This document shows, one piece after another, positions 22,072-31,209 of a stretch of 64,000 bases of DNA (position 1 is the stretch's first letter; every line of letters starts with the position of its first letter). The notes beneath the pieces are model-generated. The model saw nothing but the letters and a program-made list of their open reading frames with translations. It did no database searches and had not been told where the DNA came from. A program made the translations under genes and the position numbers. This DNA comes from Chlorobiota bacterium (GTDB lineage Bacteria; Bacteroidota; Ignavibacteria; OLB7), in assembly GCA_963711465.1 (NCBI GenBank), contig CAVQEG010000001.1, positions 1,915,480-1,979,479 on the forward strand, given 5' to 3'.

Positions 22072-22614
22072 TCAACGAACTACCGTCAGCGGGATCGAGC
22101 GCACCGCTCCGTTGGCAATCAGTCGCGCCGTGTAGTGTCCCGACGGCAGACCGTCGGCGGGAACACGAAGAAGCAGTCGCCCGGCCGCACGCGCGCCATC
22201 GACCACCGTCATCACCCGGCGACCGAGCGCATCGTGCAGCGTCAGGACGACCCTGCCGGCACGAGGAAGCTCGACGGTGATGTCACAGAATTCACTGCAC
22301 GGATTCGGAGCCGCCCGCAGCGCTACCTCCGATCCGGCATCGAGCAGCGCCTGCGTCTCGCGCACGCCCGAGATCGCTGCCTTCGGCGACGTCGTGTACC
22401 AGAATCCCTGCGATGTCCGAACCGTCGACTCCGCGGTTCGTCCGATGATGCCCTGCCCGAGGGTTCCCAAGACCGACGTCGATCCGTTCGTCGCAACGGT
22501 CGCCCCGGCGGAAACCACGCTCGACGTCACGCGCACCTGCGCCGTCGCGTCGACACCCGTGAGGACGGACGCGCCTAGCACGATGACCGCTCCGATCGTA
22601 TGAATTCTTCCCAT
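22072..22614 (-). CDS. Small T9SS type A cargo protein
   Basis: Signal peptide ending ATA-Q; 'GTLGQ...SQGFW' mini-domain; PNP..LHDALGR..LPSGHY CTD. Confidence 0.8.
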   Translation of the reverse strand: MGRIHTIGAVIVLGASVLTGVDATAQVRVTSSVVSAGATVATNGSTSVLGTLGQGIIGRTAESTVRTSQGFWYTTSPKAAISGVRETQALLDAGSEVALRAAPNPCSEFCDITVELPRAGRVVLTLHDALGRRVMTVVDGARAAGRLLLRVPADGLPSGHYTARLIANGAVRSIPLTVVR

Positions 22615-22767
22615 CGTTTACCTCTGCGGTCGTGATGAGTGGCGGCTGGAATTCCATTCCGGGCCGAACCCTGGACTTTGACTGCTAACGCCGTGAATTC
22701 CCGGGAAGTTAGTGCTCCCGGTCCGGTTGCCCTCCTTTCTGCCGTCGAAACCAATCCAGTACCTGCG

Positions 22768-23145
22768 ATGAGCTTCCGAACACCTCCTCCGATCCCCGAC
22801 TCCATGCCGGAGCCCACGCGCGTCGTGCGTCCGTGGGGACGATTCGATCAGTATGCCGGCAACGAACATGTGACGGTGAGTCTGATGACCGTCGAACCGA
22901 ACCAGCGTCTCAGCTTGCAGTCGCACTCGGGCCGTGCGGAATTGTGGATCGTCCTCGACGACGGCTGCGAAATCCGCATCGGCGAGGAGACCCACCATCC
23001 GGCAGCCGGCGACGAGCTCTGGATCCCCGCAAATACACAGCACCGCCTGGCCAGTACCGGTCCGCGCGTTCGCGTGCTCGAAGTCGCCTTCGGCGACTGG
23101 CAGGAGGCGGATATTGAACGCTTCGACGACGATTACGGCAGGTAG
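22768..23145 (+). CDS. Phosphomannose isomerase type II C-terminal cupin domain protein
   Basis: RPWGRF, VEPNQRLSLQSHSGRAELW, HRL, EADIERFDDDYGR. Confidence 0.88.
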   Translation: MSFRTPPPIPDSMPEPTRVVRPWGRFDQYAGNEHVTVSLMTVEPNQRLSLQSHSGRAELWIVLDDGCEIRIGEETHHPAAGDELWIPANTQHRLASTGPRVRVLEVAFGDWQEADIERFDDDYGR

Positions 23146-23180
23146 CCAGACGTTCCCGCAACCCAATCCCCGCACGCATC

Positions 23181-25010
23181 GTGTTCCGTTCGACATCTCA
23201 GCGGCTGGCACCACTGCGACACCTACCGACCGAGCCGGGTCACTACGACCTCTACCCGGGGTTCGATGTCGGCGACGGGCTCGTGCACGCCGGCTTCGAG
23301 ACGCTCGCCGAGCGCATCGCCGGTGAGCGACGGATCGTCATCGACGGTTATGTGGGGGTGCTGTGGAGTCGGTTCCGGGAAGGACTCGACGCTGCGCTTC
23401 GGGCGCGCGGGATCCAGGCGCGGTGGACCGCCATCGACCGGGCGATGCGTCCGTCGATCGAGATCGAAGCGCTGGCAGCGCCGTTCCTCGGCGGAGACGA
23501 TCCGCTGTGGGGCAGGCGATTCACCGGGACGCTGGAGGACTTCTTCGACCGCGCGGCGCTTGCGGCACTGCGTCCGGGCGACGCTGCGACGACGGAGATC
23601 CTCTACGGCACCGGCGCGGCGCTCGCCGGATGGGATGGCCCGCTGCTCTGGCTGGAGGTGCCGAAGAACGAGATTCAATTCCGCTCGCGTGCCGGCAGTG
23701 TCACGAATCTCGGCGTCGCTGCGGCAGCACCGCCGAAGCAGATGTACAAGCGGTTCTACTTCGTCGACTGGCCCGCGGTCGATGCCCACCGCGAAGGTGT
23801 GTTCGAGCGGGTCAGCATCGTCGTCGACGAGCAGCGCCCGGAGACGCCCGTCTGGATGGAATCCGCCGACGTGCGCGACGCGCTCTGGTCGATGAGCCGC
23901 ACGGCCATCCGCGCGCGCCCGTGGTTCGAGCCGGGCCCATGGGGAGGTCAGTGGCTGAAGCGGCACATTCCGGAGCTGCCGCAGGACGTTCCCAACTACG
24001 CCTGGTCGTTCGAGCTCATCTCGCCTGAGAACGGCGTCATGATCCGCAGCAGCGGGCAGCTGTTCGAAGTGCCGTTCGCATTGCTGATGGAGCATCATCC
24101 ACGGGCGATGCTCGGCGTGCACGCGGGATACTTCGGTCGCGAATTCCCGATCCGTTTCGATTACCTCGACACGGTCGACGGCGGCAACCTGTCGGTGCAG
24201 TGCCATCCCCGCCCCGAATTCATCCGCACGCACTTCGGCGAGTCCTTCACCCAGGACGAGTCGTACTACATCACCGACTGCCAGCCAGGCGCGCGCGTCT
24301 TCCTCGGCTTTCGAGACGATGTCGATCAGAGAGAATTCAGGCACGCACTCGAGCGGAGCGAATCCGAAGGAGCGGTGGTGGACGTCGAGCGCTGGGTACA
24401 CACGGTCGAGTCGCGACGCCACGCGCTGTATCTGATTCCCAACGGCACCGTGCACTGCTCCGGCGCGGGCAACCTCGTGCTGGAGATCAGCGCGACGCCG
24501 TACATCTTCACGTTCAAGATGTACGACTGGCTCAGGCGCGACCTCGAGGGTGCCATGCGTCCGCTCAACGTGGAGCGGGCGTGGCGCAATCTGTACTTCG
24601 ATCGCCGCGAGACGGAGATCGACCGCGCGTTCGTCGCCCGTGAATCGGTGCTCCGTCAGGGCGACGACTGGCGAGTGGTCCACCTGAGCACCCATCGGCA
24701 CCACTTCTATGATGTCGTTCGCTATGAATTCGACACGAGCATCGACATCGAGGCAGATGACGTCTGCAGGGTGATGAATCTCGTCGAGGGCACGGCGATC
24801 GAGGTGGCCACCGGACGAACGACGAGGTTCAACTATGCTGAGACGTTCGTCCTCCCCGCCGCTGCCGGTCGCGTCACCCTGCGCAATCTGGGAAGCGAGC
24901 GCGCGATGGTGATCGCCGCATTCGTCAAGCCGCTGACCGCGCTGTCGGGAACGTCGCTCGCACGCCACGGAAACGATTCGCAGCAGGGGTCGGGATCGGA
25001 GCCCGGCTAG
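23181..25010 (+). CDS. Class I mannose-6-phosphate isomerase-like protein with large N-terminal extension
   Basis: PWFEPGPWGGQW, EFPIRFDYLDT..GGNLSVQCHP, QDESYY, IPNGTVH, LEIS, TFKMYDW. Confidence 0.85.
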   Translation: MFRSTSQRLAPLRHLPTEPGHYDLYPGFDVGDGLVHAGFETLAERIAGERRIVIDGYVGVLWSRFREGLDAALRARGIQARWTAIDRAMRPSIEIEALAAPFLGGDDPLWGRRFTGTLEDFFDRAALAALRPGDAATTEILYGTGAALAGWDGPLLWLEVPKNEIQFRSRAGSVTNLGVAAAAPPKQMYKRFYFVDWPAVDAHREGVFERVSIVVDEQRPETPVWMESADVRDALWSMSRTAIRARPWFEPGPWGGQWLKRHIPELPQDVPNYAWSFELISPENGVMIRSSGQLFEVPFALLMEHHPRAMLGVHAGYFGREFPIRFDYLDTVDGGNLSVQCHPRPEFIRTHFGESFTQDESYYITDCQPGARVFLGFRDDVDQREFRHALERSESEGAVVDVERWVHTVESRRHALYLIPNGTVHCSGAGNLVLEISATPYIFTFKMYDWLRRDLEGAMRPLNVERAWRNLYFDRRETEIDRAFVARESVLRQGDDWRVVHLSTHRHHFYDVVRYEFDTSIDIEADDVCRVMNLVEGTAIEVATGRTTRFNYAETFVLPAAAGRVTLRNLGSERAMVIAAFVKPLTALSGTSLARHGNDSQQGSGSEPG

Positions 25011-25138
25011 GCGACGGCGGCTGCTCGCCGCGGTCGGCGCATCTTGGCGCCAATCCCGTATCTTCCACGTTTTCGCGCAATGACCCCTCGACGCATCACG
25101 GAGTCTGGCACATCAACATTCCCAGCCGGGAGCGCACC

Positions 25139-26050
25139 ATGGCAGAGAGTCCTTCATACGGGTTGCTGAAAGGCAAACGGGGAATCGTCTTCGGGCCGCT
25201 CGATGAGAACAGCATCGGATGGCAGATCGCGCTGGCGGCGCACCGTGAGGGCGCGACGCTCGCGATCTCGAACGTCGCGGTGGCGATGCGCGTCGGCCGC
25301 GTCAACGAGCTGGCGCGGCTCTGCGGTGACGCGCCGATGATCGTCTGCGATGCCACCGACACGGAGGAACTCACCCGCGCGTTCTCCGAGATGAAAGAGC
25401 AGCTGGGTCCTGCCGACTTCATCGTTCACTCGATCGGGATGTCGCAGAACATTCGCAAGAGTCTTCCCTACGAGCAGCTCAACTACGACTGGTACCACAA
25501 GACGCTCGACGTCTCGGCCATCTCACTGCACCGGATGATCAGCGCTGCGCTCGAGCAGGACGCGATCAACGACGGTGCGAGCATCGTCGCCATGTCCTAC
25601 GTCGCCGCCCAGCGCAACTACCAGACGTACTCCGACATGGGGGACGCAAAGGCGCTGCTCGAGTCGATCGTCCGCAGCTACGGAACACGACTGGCCTCGC
25701 GCGGAATCCGCATCAACACCGTCTCGCAGTCACCCACCTGGACACGTGCCGGCAGCGGCATCGAGGACTTCGACAAGATGTACGAATTCGCCGATCACGT
25801 CGCGCCTCTCGGCAACGCGACCGCCGACGAGTGCGGCGACTACGTCGTCACGCTGCTCAGCGACCTGACGCGGAAGGTGACCATGCAGAACCTCTACCAC
25901 GACGGCGGCTACAGCTCCATGGGCGTCACCCTTCCGGTGCTCCGACTTTTCCACGAAGCGCTGCGCGACACGGAGATGACACGCGCCGTGGGACTCGAGT
26001 CCTCCGCCGAACGTCTCACGCGCGTCGACGGCAACGGCGAGCATCGCTAG
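25139..26050 (+). CDS. fabI: Enoyl-ACP reductase (NADH)
   Basis: LKGKRGIVFG..DENSIGW, HSIGMS, YSDMGDAKALLES, INTVSQSPT, QNLYHDGGYS (Bacteroidota-type FabI). Confidence 0.93.
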   Translation: MAESPSYGLLKGKRGIVFGPLDENSIGWQIALAAHREGATLAISNVAVAMRVGRVNELARLCGDAPMIVCDATDTEELTRAFSEMKEQLGPADFIVHSIGMSQNIRKSLPYEQLNYDWYHKTLDVSAISLHRMISAALEQDAINDGASIVAMSYVAAQRNYQTYSDMGDAKALLESIVRSYGTRLASRGIRINTVSQSPTWTRAGSGIEDFDKMYEFADHVAPLGNATADECGDYVVTLLSDLTRKVTMQNLYHDGGYSSMGVTLPVLRLFHEALRDTEMTRAVGLESSAERLTRVDGNGEHR

Positions 26051-26075
26051 CCAACGGGTCGGCCTCGAAATCGAA

Positions 26076-26109
26076 ACGGCCTCGCGATCACCGTCGATCG
26101 CGAGGCCGT
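26076..26109. terminator. 14-bp hairpin, likely bidirectional terminator
   Basis: ACGGCCTCGCGATC-accgtc-GATCGCGAGGCCGT between convergent genes. Confidence 0.65.
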
Positions 26110-26151
26110 CCGCATTTCCGCGTGAGCCGGTCGATGAATCCCGCCGTAGAC

Positions 26152-26955
26152 CTATTTCTGGAACAGCCCGAGGAAGACGCCGAAGTGCAGCATCGGTCCG
26201 TCCGGCTTGATATTCGGCACGCTCTGAATCGTCGTCCCCTCCCCGTCGGTCCAGTCACCGATGTTCGCGCTCAGCTGCCATCCGGCCGCGGCCCGCAGGA
26301 GAATGAACGGCGAGACCGCCAGTTCGAAATCGATGCGCGGATAGAAGAAGAGATTGCTCTGTGAAATCTGCGTCTGGCGGTTGCGCGCCGATGTGCTCGG
26401 GATCGTGTCCTGGTAGCGCGTGAGCAGATCGCTGAACGTCACGCCGTTCTGCTGGGTCTGTGTAATGGTCAGCTCGTGCGTCGACACGCCAACCATCGAT
26501 CCGACGGTAATGGCGAACCCACGGAAGAACAGCGGAAAGACGTAGTCGATGTCCGCTGCGGTCAGGCCCTCGTGGAAACGGATCGTCCGCTGGAAGTCGT
26601 TGCCGTTGACCGAGTATGTCGCACTCCGGGACTTCGATCCGCCCGCCCCGTAGACGCCGAGACGGACGTTGGGAATCAGCCCCACCACCGTCCATCCGCC
26701 GCCACCGTGCATCAGGAGCGTCGTGCCCATGTCGCCGAGGCCGAGCTGCTGCGACACGCTGTTGAGCTCCGGATCGTTGACGATCGACAGGAAGTTCACG
26801 TAGCCGGCACCGACGCCGATGTACGGAATCTGATCCTCATCGACAGGGATGTTCTCGAAGTTGAAATCGTCGTTCTGCGCACGCGCCACCACCGCGCCAA
26901 GCATCAGCAGGAACACGGTTACCAGCAGCGCGCGAATCGGGTTCGGTGCGATCAT
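26152..26955 (-). CDS. Outer-membrane beta-barrel protein, family A copy 1
   Basis: Signal peptide ending ARA-Q; alternating strands; ends HFGVFLGLFQK. Confidence 0.75.
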   Translation of the reverse strand: MIAPNPIRALLVTVFLLMLGAVVARAQNDDFNFENIPVDEDQIPYIGVGAGYVNFLSIVNDPELNSVSQQLGLGDMGTTLLMHGGGGWTVVGLIPNVRLGVYGAGGSKSRSATYSVNGNDFQRTIRFHEGLTAADIDYVFPLFFRGFAITVGSMVGVSTHELTITQTQQNGVTFSDLLTRYQDTIPSTSARNRQTQISQSNLFFYPRIDFELAVSPFILLRAAAGWQLSANIGDWTDGEGTTIQSVPNIKPDGPMLHFGVFLGLFQK

Positions 26956-26998
26956 CGATGGAGTAGATGTATCTCCGCCGGAATCAGCGGAGGTGGGT

Positions 26999-27787
26999 TC
27001 ACTGTTGAAACAGGCCGAGAAACGTGCCGAGCTGCACGAACGGACCAGTGGTTGACAGCTCCGGCATGCCCGTGTATTCCGTGCCGCCCTGATCGTACCA
27101 TCCCGACTGCAGACCGAGCGTATAGCCGCCTGCGAGGCGGAACATGATCATGCCGCTTGGGGCGAATTCCAGAGCGATCATGGGTCGGAGGAACACCGCA
27201 TTGGACGCGAGCTGCAGTCCGTAGGCGGCGTCGCCGTCGGACGAACCACCATCGAATCGTCCTGCGCCGAACACATTCGAGAAGGTCTCGGCGTCGGCCC
27301 GCGACTGATTGAATTCGAACGCGCAACTGCCGTAGCCGACCGACAGGCCCGGCATCAGCGTCAGTCGACGGGCCAGTCCAACCGCATATTCCGCCTGGAG
27401 GCCCCCCATGAACCGGATGCCGAACCGAAGCATTCGGGTGTACCGCTGCCCGTCGATCTCGACACTGCCGGAGGTGGCGTGGTAGCCGATGCAGAAGTGA
27501 CCACCGACGCGCACGTTGCGCAGGAACGACGGTGAGAATACCAGCATCGCTCCGTAGGTGAGCATCGGAGCGGCTACCTCGTCGAGCCCGAGGTCGTCGG
27601 CCAGTGCGTTGAAGTCGGTGACGTCGACAAACATGAGCGTGGGGGTGAATCCCGCTCCCATTCCGAAGTACGGGAGTGCCGGCTCCTGGGCGATCTCGAA
27701 GGGACGCTCCTTCTGCGCACTGCCGACCCGGCAGACACAGCACAGGAGCGCAACCACGACGGCCGATTGCACCGCTACTCGGGTCAT
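26999..27787 (-). CDS. Outer-membrane beta-barrel protein, family A copy 2
   Basis: Paralog of 26152 (PY.G.GAG, NVR.G, F..P.I..E, P.....GP....G.FLGLFQ); signal peptide ending GSA-Q. Confidence 0.75.
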   Translation of the reverse strand: MTRVAVQSAVVVALLCCVCRVGSAQKERPFEIAQEPALPYFGMGAGFTPTLMFVDVTDFNALADDLGLDEVAAPMLTYGAMLVFSPSFLRNVRVGGHFCIGYHATSGSVEIDGQRYTRMLRFGIRFMGGLQAEYAVGLARRLTLMPGLSVGYGSCAFEFNQSRADAETFSNVFGAGRFDGGSSDGDAAYGLQLASNAVFLRPMIALEFAPSGMIMFRLAGGYTLGLQSGWYDQGGTEYTGMPELSTTGPFVQLGTFLGLFQQ

Positions 27788-27937
27788 GCCTCTCACGTCC
27801 GTGTCAACGATTCACTCGATTGCCCAACCGCGGGAAAAATCGCGCCACACTGCACCGCTTCCTCTGCCACCATCGGCCGCGATCCGCCGGCCACGATCAC
27901 CTCCTGCCTCGAGCACACCATCGGCGGTCGGCCGGGA

Positions 27938-28606
27938 TCAATGCGGCAGCGCGAACTGGAACGTCAGGCCGATGTGGGCCGTGAACGGCGTCGTGTTCGG
28001 AATGTCGTTCGCGTACAGCGTTGCGGATTCCTTCAACAGCGAGTTGAGCTGCAGTCCGGCGTTGACGCGAAGTCCCATCCAGTAGTTGGACTCATCCATC
28101 AGCACCAGCATCGCGCCGACGCGCGGCTCCATCAGCGTTTCCATCGCACTGCCGTCGACGTCGAGCGACGTGGTCGTCGGATCAGCCGCGAGCGGATTGG
28201 GCATCGATCCTCCCAGCGGCAGACCGACGTTCATCGATACCTGAAACGCGCTGATGCTCACTCCGGGCTCGAAGTAGAAGTAATTCATCCGATATGTCTG
28301 CGCATCCAGCGCTCCGCTCACCTTCTTGCCGACACCACGCGTGTCGTAGCCGGCGTTGAGGAAGACCCCGACCGTTTTGGTAAACGGATAGGCGAGGTTG
28401 ACGCCGAAGCGCATGCAGATTCCCGGAGCCGCCTCGATCGAGTCGGCCAGATCGCCGATGGGAACCGCGACGCCGACCGCGGCGCCTGCACCGAAGGAGA
28501 ATCGCGTCGTCGCGCCGCGCTGCGAGTAGTCGGTCTGTGCCGTGGCAGCCGCGGCGGTCATGAACAGCAGTGCAACAACGAGTAGTGTGGTCGGAATTCG
28601 TTTCAT
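27938..28606 (-). CDS. Outer-membrane beta-barrel protein, family B copy 1
   Basis: Signal peptide; QTDYSQRGAT, YPFT, DTRG, MEPRVG, GLTFQF. Confidence 0.78.
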   Translation of the reverse strand: MKRIPTTLLVVALLFMTAAAATAQTDYSQRGATTRFSFGAGAAVGVAVPIGDLADSIEAAPGICMRFGVNLAYPFTKTVGVFLNAGYDTRGVGKKVSGALDAQTYRMNYFYFEPGVSISAFQVSMNVGLPLGGSMPNPLAADPTTTSLDVDGSAMETLMEPRVGAMLVLMDESNYWMGLRVNAGLQLNSLLKESATLYANDIPNTTPFTAHIGLTFQFALPH

Positions 28607-28738
28607 GGTCGGGGCAGAATTGGATGTATACGATGGCCTCGTTTCCGCGGGCGCGACGGACAGGTGCGGGCAGCCGCTGTCCGTCGCGTGATCGGCGAAA
28701 GTAAGAAAAAACGGGGGCAGGAAGTCCCGCTGCCGCGC

Positions 28739-29395
28739 CTACTGCCGCGACGTTCCCGGAATCGCAAACTGCCAGGTCAGCCCTCCGTGCAGCGCCACGA
28801 GCGTGAAGTCCGTATGGCTGTCGGGCGTGTCCTTGAACTCGTTGAGTGAGTAGCCGCCCACGATGGTCAGTCCCAGCCACCCGATCTTCTCATCGACCAG
28901 CGTGATCACCGCCCCGGCGCGCACCTCCATCAGCGTGTTGAGATCGGTCGTCTTTCCCTCCGTGCTGGTACCGTTCGGATATGCCGTCGAGACTGACATG
29001 GGGAATCCGAAGTTGAACCCCACGTAGAAGGCACTGAATCGGAATGCCGGCGTCAGGCAGAAGTACGTCAGGTGCGTGTCTTGCCAGGAGTCCGCGTTGT
29101 TTTCCGCGTGCAGCCGGGTTCCGCGGCTGTCGATGCCGAACTGGAGGTTGGCGCCGATCGTCGGGGTCAGCGGATAGGTGCCCTCGCCAACCAGCCGCCA
29201 CGCGAAGATGGGCTTCACCTTCAGGTTATCGGGAGGATCGGTGATCATCGACGCCCCGCCGTCGAATTCGATTCCGGCGGTCAGCGACGTCGTCGCCTGC
29301 CGGTTGCCGTAGTCGGTCTGTGCACGTGCCGGCACCGCGACGGCGGTCAGAATGAGCAGCAGTACGAGGATCGAGCAGGTATACGAATGCTTCAT
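28739..29395 (-). CDS. Outer-membrane beta-barrel protein, family B copy 2
   Basis: Start MKHSYTC at 29395; QTDYGNRQAT, YPLTP, DSRG, FSAFY, GLTWQFAIPG. Confidence 0.78.
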   Translation of the reverse strand: MKHSYTCSILVLLLILTAVAVPARAQTDYGNRQATTSLTAGIEFDGGASMITDPPDNLKVKPIFAWRLVGEGTYPLTPTIGANLQFGIDSRGTRLHAENNADSWQDTHLTYFCLTPAFRFSAFYVGFNFGFPMSVSTAYPNGTSTEGKTTDLNTLMEVRAGAVITLVDEKIGWLGLTIVGGYSLNEFKDTPDSHTDFTLVALHGGLTWQFAIPGTSRQ

Positions 29396-29607
29396 GATGA
29401 TGAACGGGACCTCAGTGGTTGGACAGGACGGAATGCCGCCGGATGCGACCTGAGCAGGAGTGCGGCGGACCGGGAGAGACGCGAACCTACAAAATTTCTT
29501 CCCTCGCGAATCGGGACCGACGGGAGCACACGCGACGGCCCCCGCAATCGACTCCGGAAGAGGAGCCGACTGCGGGGGCCGATCGGTACAATTGCCGGCG
29601 ACCCGGG

Positions 29608-30360
29608 CTACGAACCGGAGACGAAGTACTCCATCCACGACTCCCGGCGCTTGTCGAACACCAGTTCGTGCCTTGTCGGATGCCAGTACATGTAGGTCAC
29701 CTGCCGTTGGACCCACGTCTGGTACTTCGGCGAGTACCACTCGAACGTCTCGACCTGAATGGGGGTCGCAGGGCCCGGTCCGTTCTGATCGGTCGACTGC
29801 GTCGAGAGCACCATGGTGCGGCGCGTCAGCAGGGTCTGCAGCACTTCGCCACTGCCCCGGACCGTGTAGGAGACCGGTCCCATGAAGTCGACCGTCACGT
29901 CACCGGTCTCGTGAACGACGACAGGTGACGACTGCGACCCGGTCACATACGAGGTATCGAAGAGCACGGTGTGCTGCTGAACCTTCGATCCGAGGGGAAT
30001 GAATGCCCACTGCGGAGAGAGGTGCACCCGACCGTAGGAGATCGAGTCGAGCTGTACAGCGATGTCTCCGTACGGCAGGTACGTGTAGCTGGTGGAGTCA
30101 TCGCGGGTGACGGTGCGGATCGTCGGATGGTTCCCGTAGGTCTGCACCGATTCGGAGCGGAAGCGATACCACGTCGTGTCGAATGTGCCCGGTATCGAAT
30201 CGTTGCTCACAGTGAGCGCGTGCGAGGCGACGACCATCACACTGCCGGGGGCCGGCATGAGCGTCGCGGCCGACGGTTCGGTGGAGTAGCTGCACGCGCC
30301 GAGGATGAGCGAACACGCCGCAGCCGCGCCGAGCGGCCAGTATGTCGTGAAGATCTTCAT
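29608..30360 (-). CDS. Lipoprotein of unknown function
   Basis: Start MKIFTTYW at 30360; lipobox LGAC; beta-rich; EWYSPKYQTWV. Confidence 0.7.
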   Translation of the reverse strand: MKIFTTYWPLGAAAACSLILGACSYSTEPSAATLMPAPGSVMVVASHALTVSNDSIPGTFDTTWYRFRSESVQTYGNHPTIRTVTRDDSTSYTYLPYGDIAVQLDSISYGRVHLSPQWAFIPLGSKVQQHTVLFDTSYVTGSQSSPVVVHETGDVTVDFMGPVSYTVRGSGEVLQTLLTRRTMVLSTQSTDQNGPGPATPIQVETFEWYSPKYQTWVQRQVTYMYWHPTRHELVFDKRRESWMEYFVSGS

Positions 30361-30407
30361 GATGGTAGTGGGTATGGGAATACGTGTTGTTGACGGTACG
30401 ATTCGGT

Positions 30408-31127
30408 TCATCGGCCCGTGCCGGGAATTCCGAACTGCCACGTGATTCCCCCCTGCAGCGATACCGCATTGGAGTTCACTTCGGCGTTGCCGCTCTGTCC
30501 GGCGAAGAAGTTCTTGTCGTCGGTGATCGTGCTGAGGTTGTAGCTCGCCAGTACCGAAAGGCCGAGCCATCCGATCTTCGCGTCGACCAGCGGGATCACC
30601 ACTCCGATGCGCGGCTCGAGCATCACATTGAGATTGTTCTCCGTGATGTTCAGCTCCAGTGTTCGCTCCGGAGCGTCGGTGGTGTTTTGCCAGATCTTGC
30701 CACCCGCGGTGGGGAAGCCGAATGTGAAGCCGAGGTAGAACGCGCTGAAGGTGAATGCCGGGGACACGGTGAAGTACGTGATGCGGCGCTGCTCCCAGAC
30801 GGTCTCGTCGCTGTACCAGTACATCTTGTTGCCGCGGACGTCGAGCCCGAGCCCGAGCGTCGCGCCGATCACCGGCGTCAGCGGATAGGAAACGTCGATC
30901 CCGGTGCGCCAGGCGAAGACCGGCGCCACCTTGTAGTTCTGGGGTGCGTCGAAGGTCATCGACGCGCCGGCCGTGTAGAACGGTCCGACCGAGAGCATCG
31001 CCCGGGCGCCTCGATCGGAGTAGTCCGACTGCGCCTGCATCGGTCGCGGCAGCAACGTGGCGGCCGTGACGACGACAGCGGCTGTCAGCCAGCACAGAGT
31101 CATGCGGTGTGTCATGGTGTGGTCCAT
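30408..31127 (-). CDS. Outer-membrane beta-barrel protein, family B copy 3
   Basis: QSDYSDRGAR, FAWR, YPLTP, DVRG, FSAFY, KIGWLGL, GITWQFGIPG. Confidence 0.78.
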   Translation of the reverse strand: MDHTMTHRMTLCWLTAAVVVTAATLLPRPMQAQSDYSDRGARAMLSVGPFYTAGASMTFDAPQNYKVAPVFAWRTGIDVSYPLTPVIGATLGLGLDVRGNKMYWYSDETVWEQRRITYFTVSPAFTFSAFYLGFTFGFPTAGGKIWQNTTDAPERTLELNITENNLNVMLEPRIGVVIPLVDAKIGWLGLSVLASYNLSTITDDKNFFAGQSGNAEVNSNAVSLQGGITWQFGIPGTGR

Positions 31128-31209
31128 GGGTGGATTGAGTGAACGGGCAGACAGACTGTGTGGATTGACCGCGCCGCGGACGCGACGCGATGCTCAGCCG
31201 TGTACTGCG

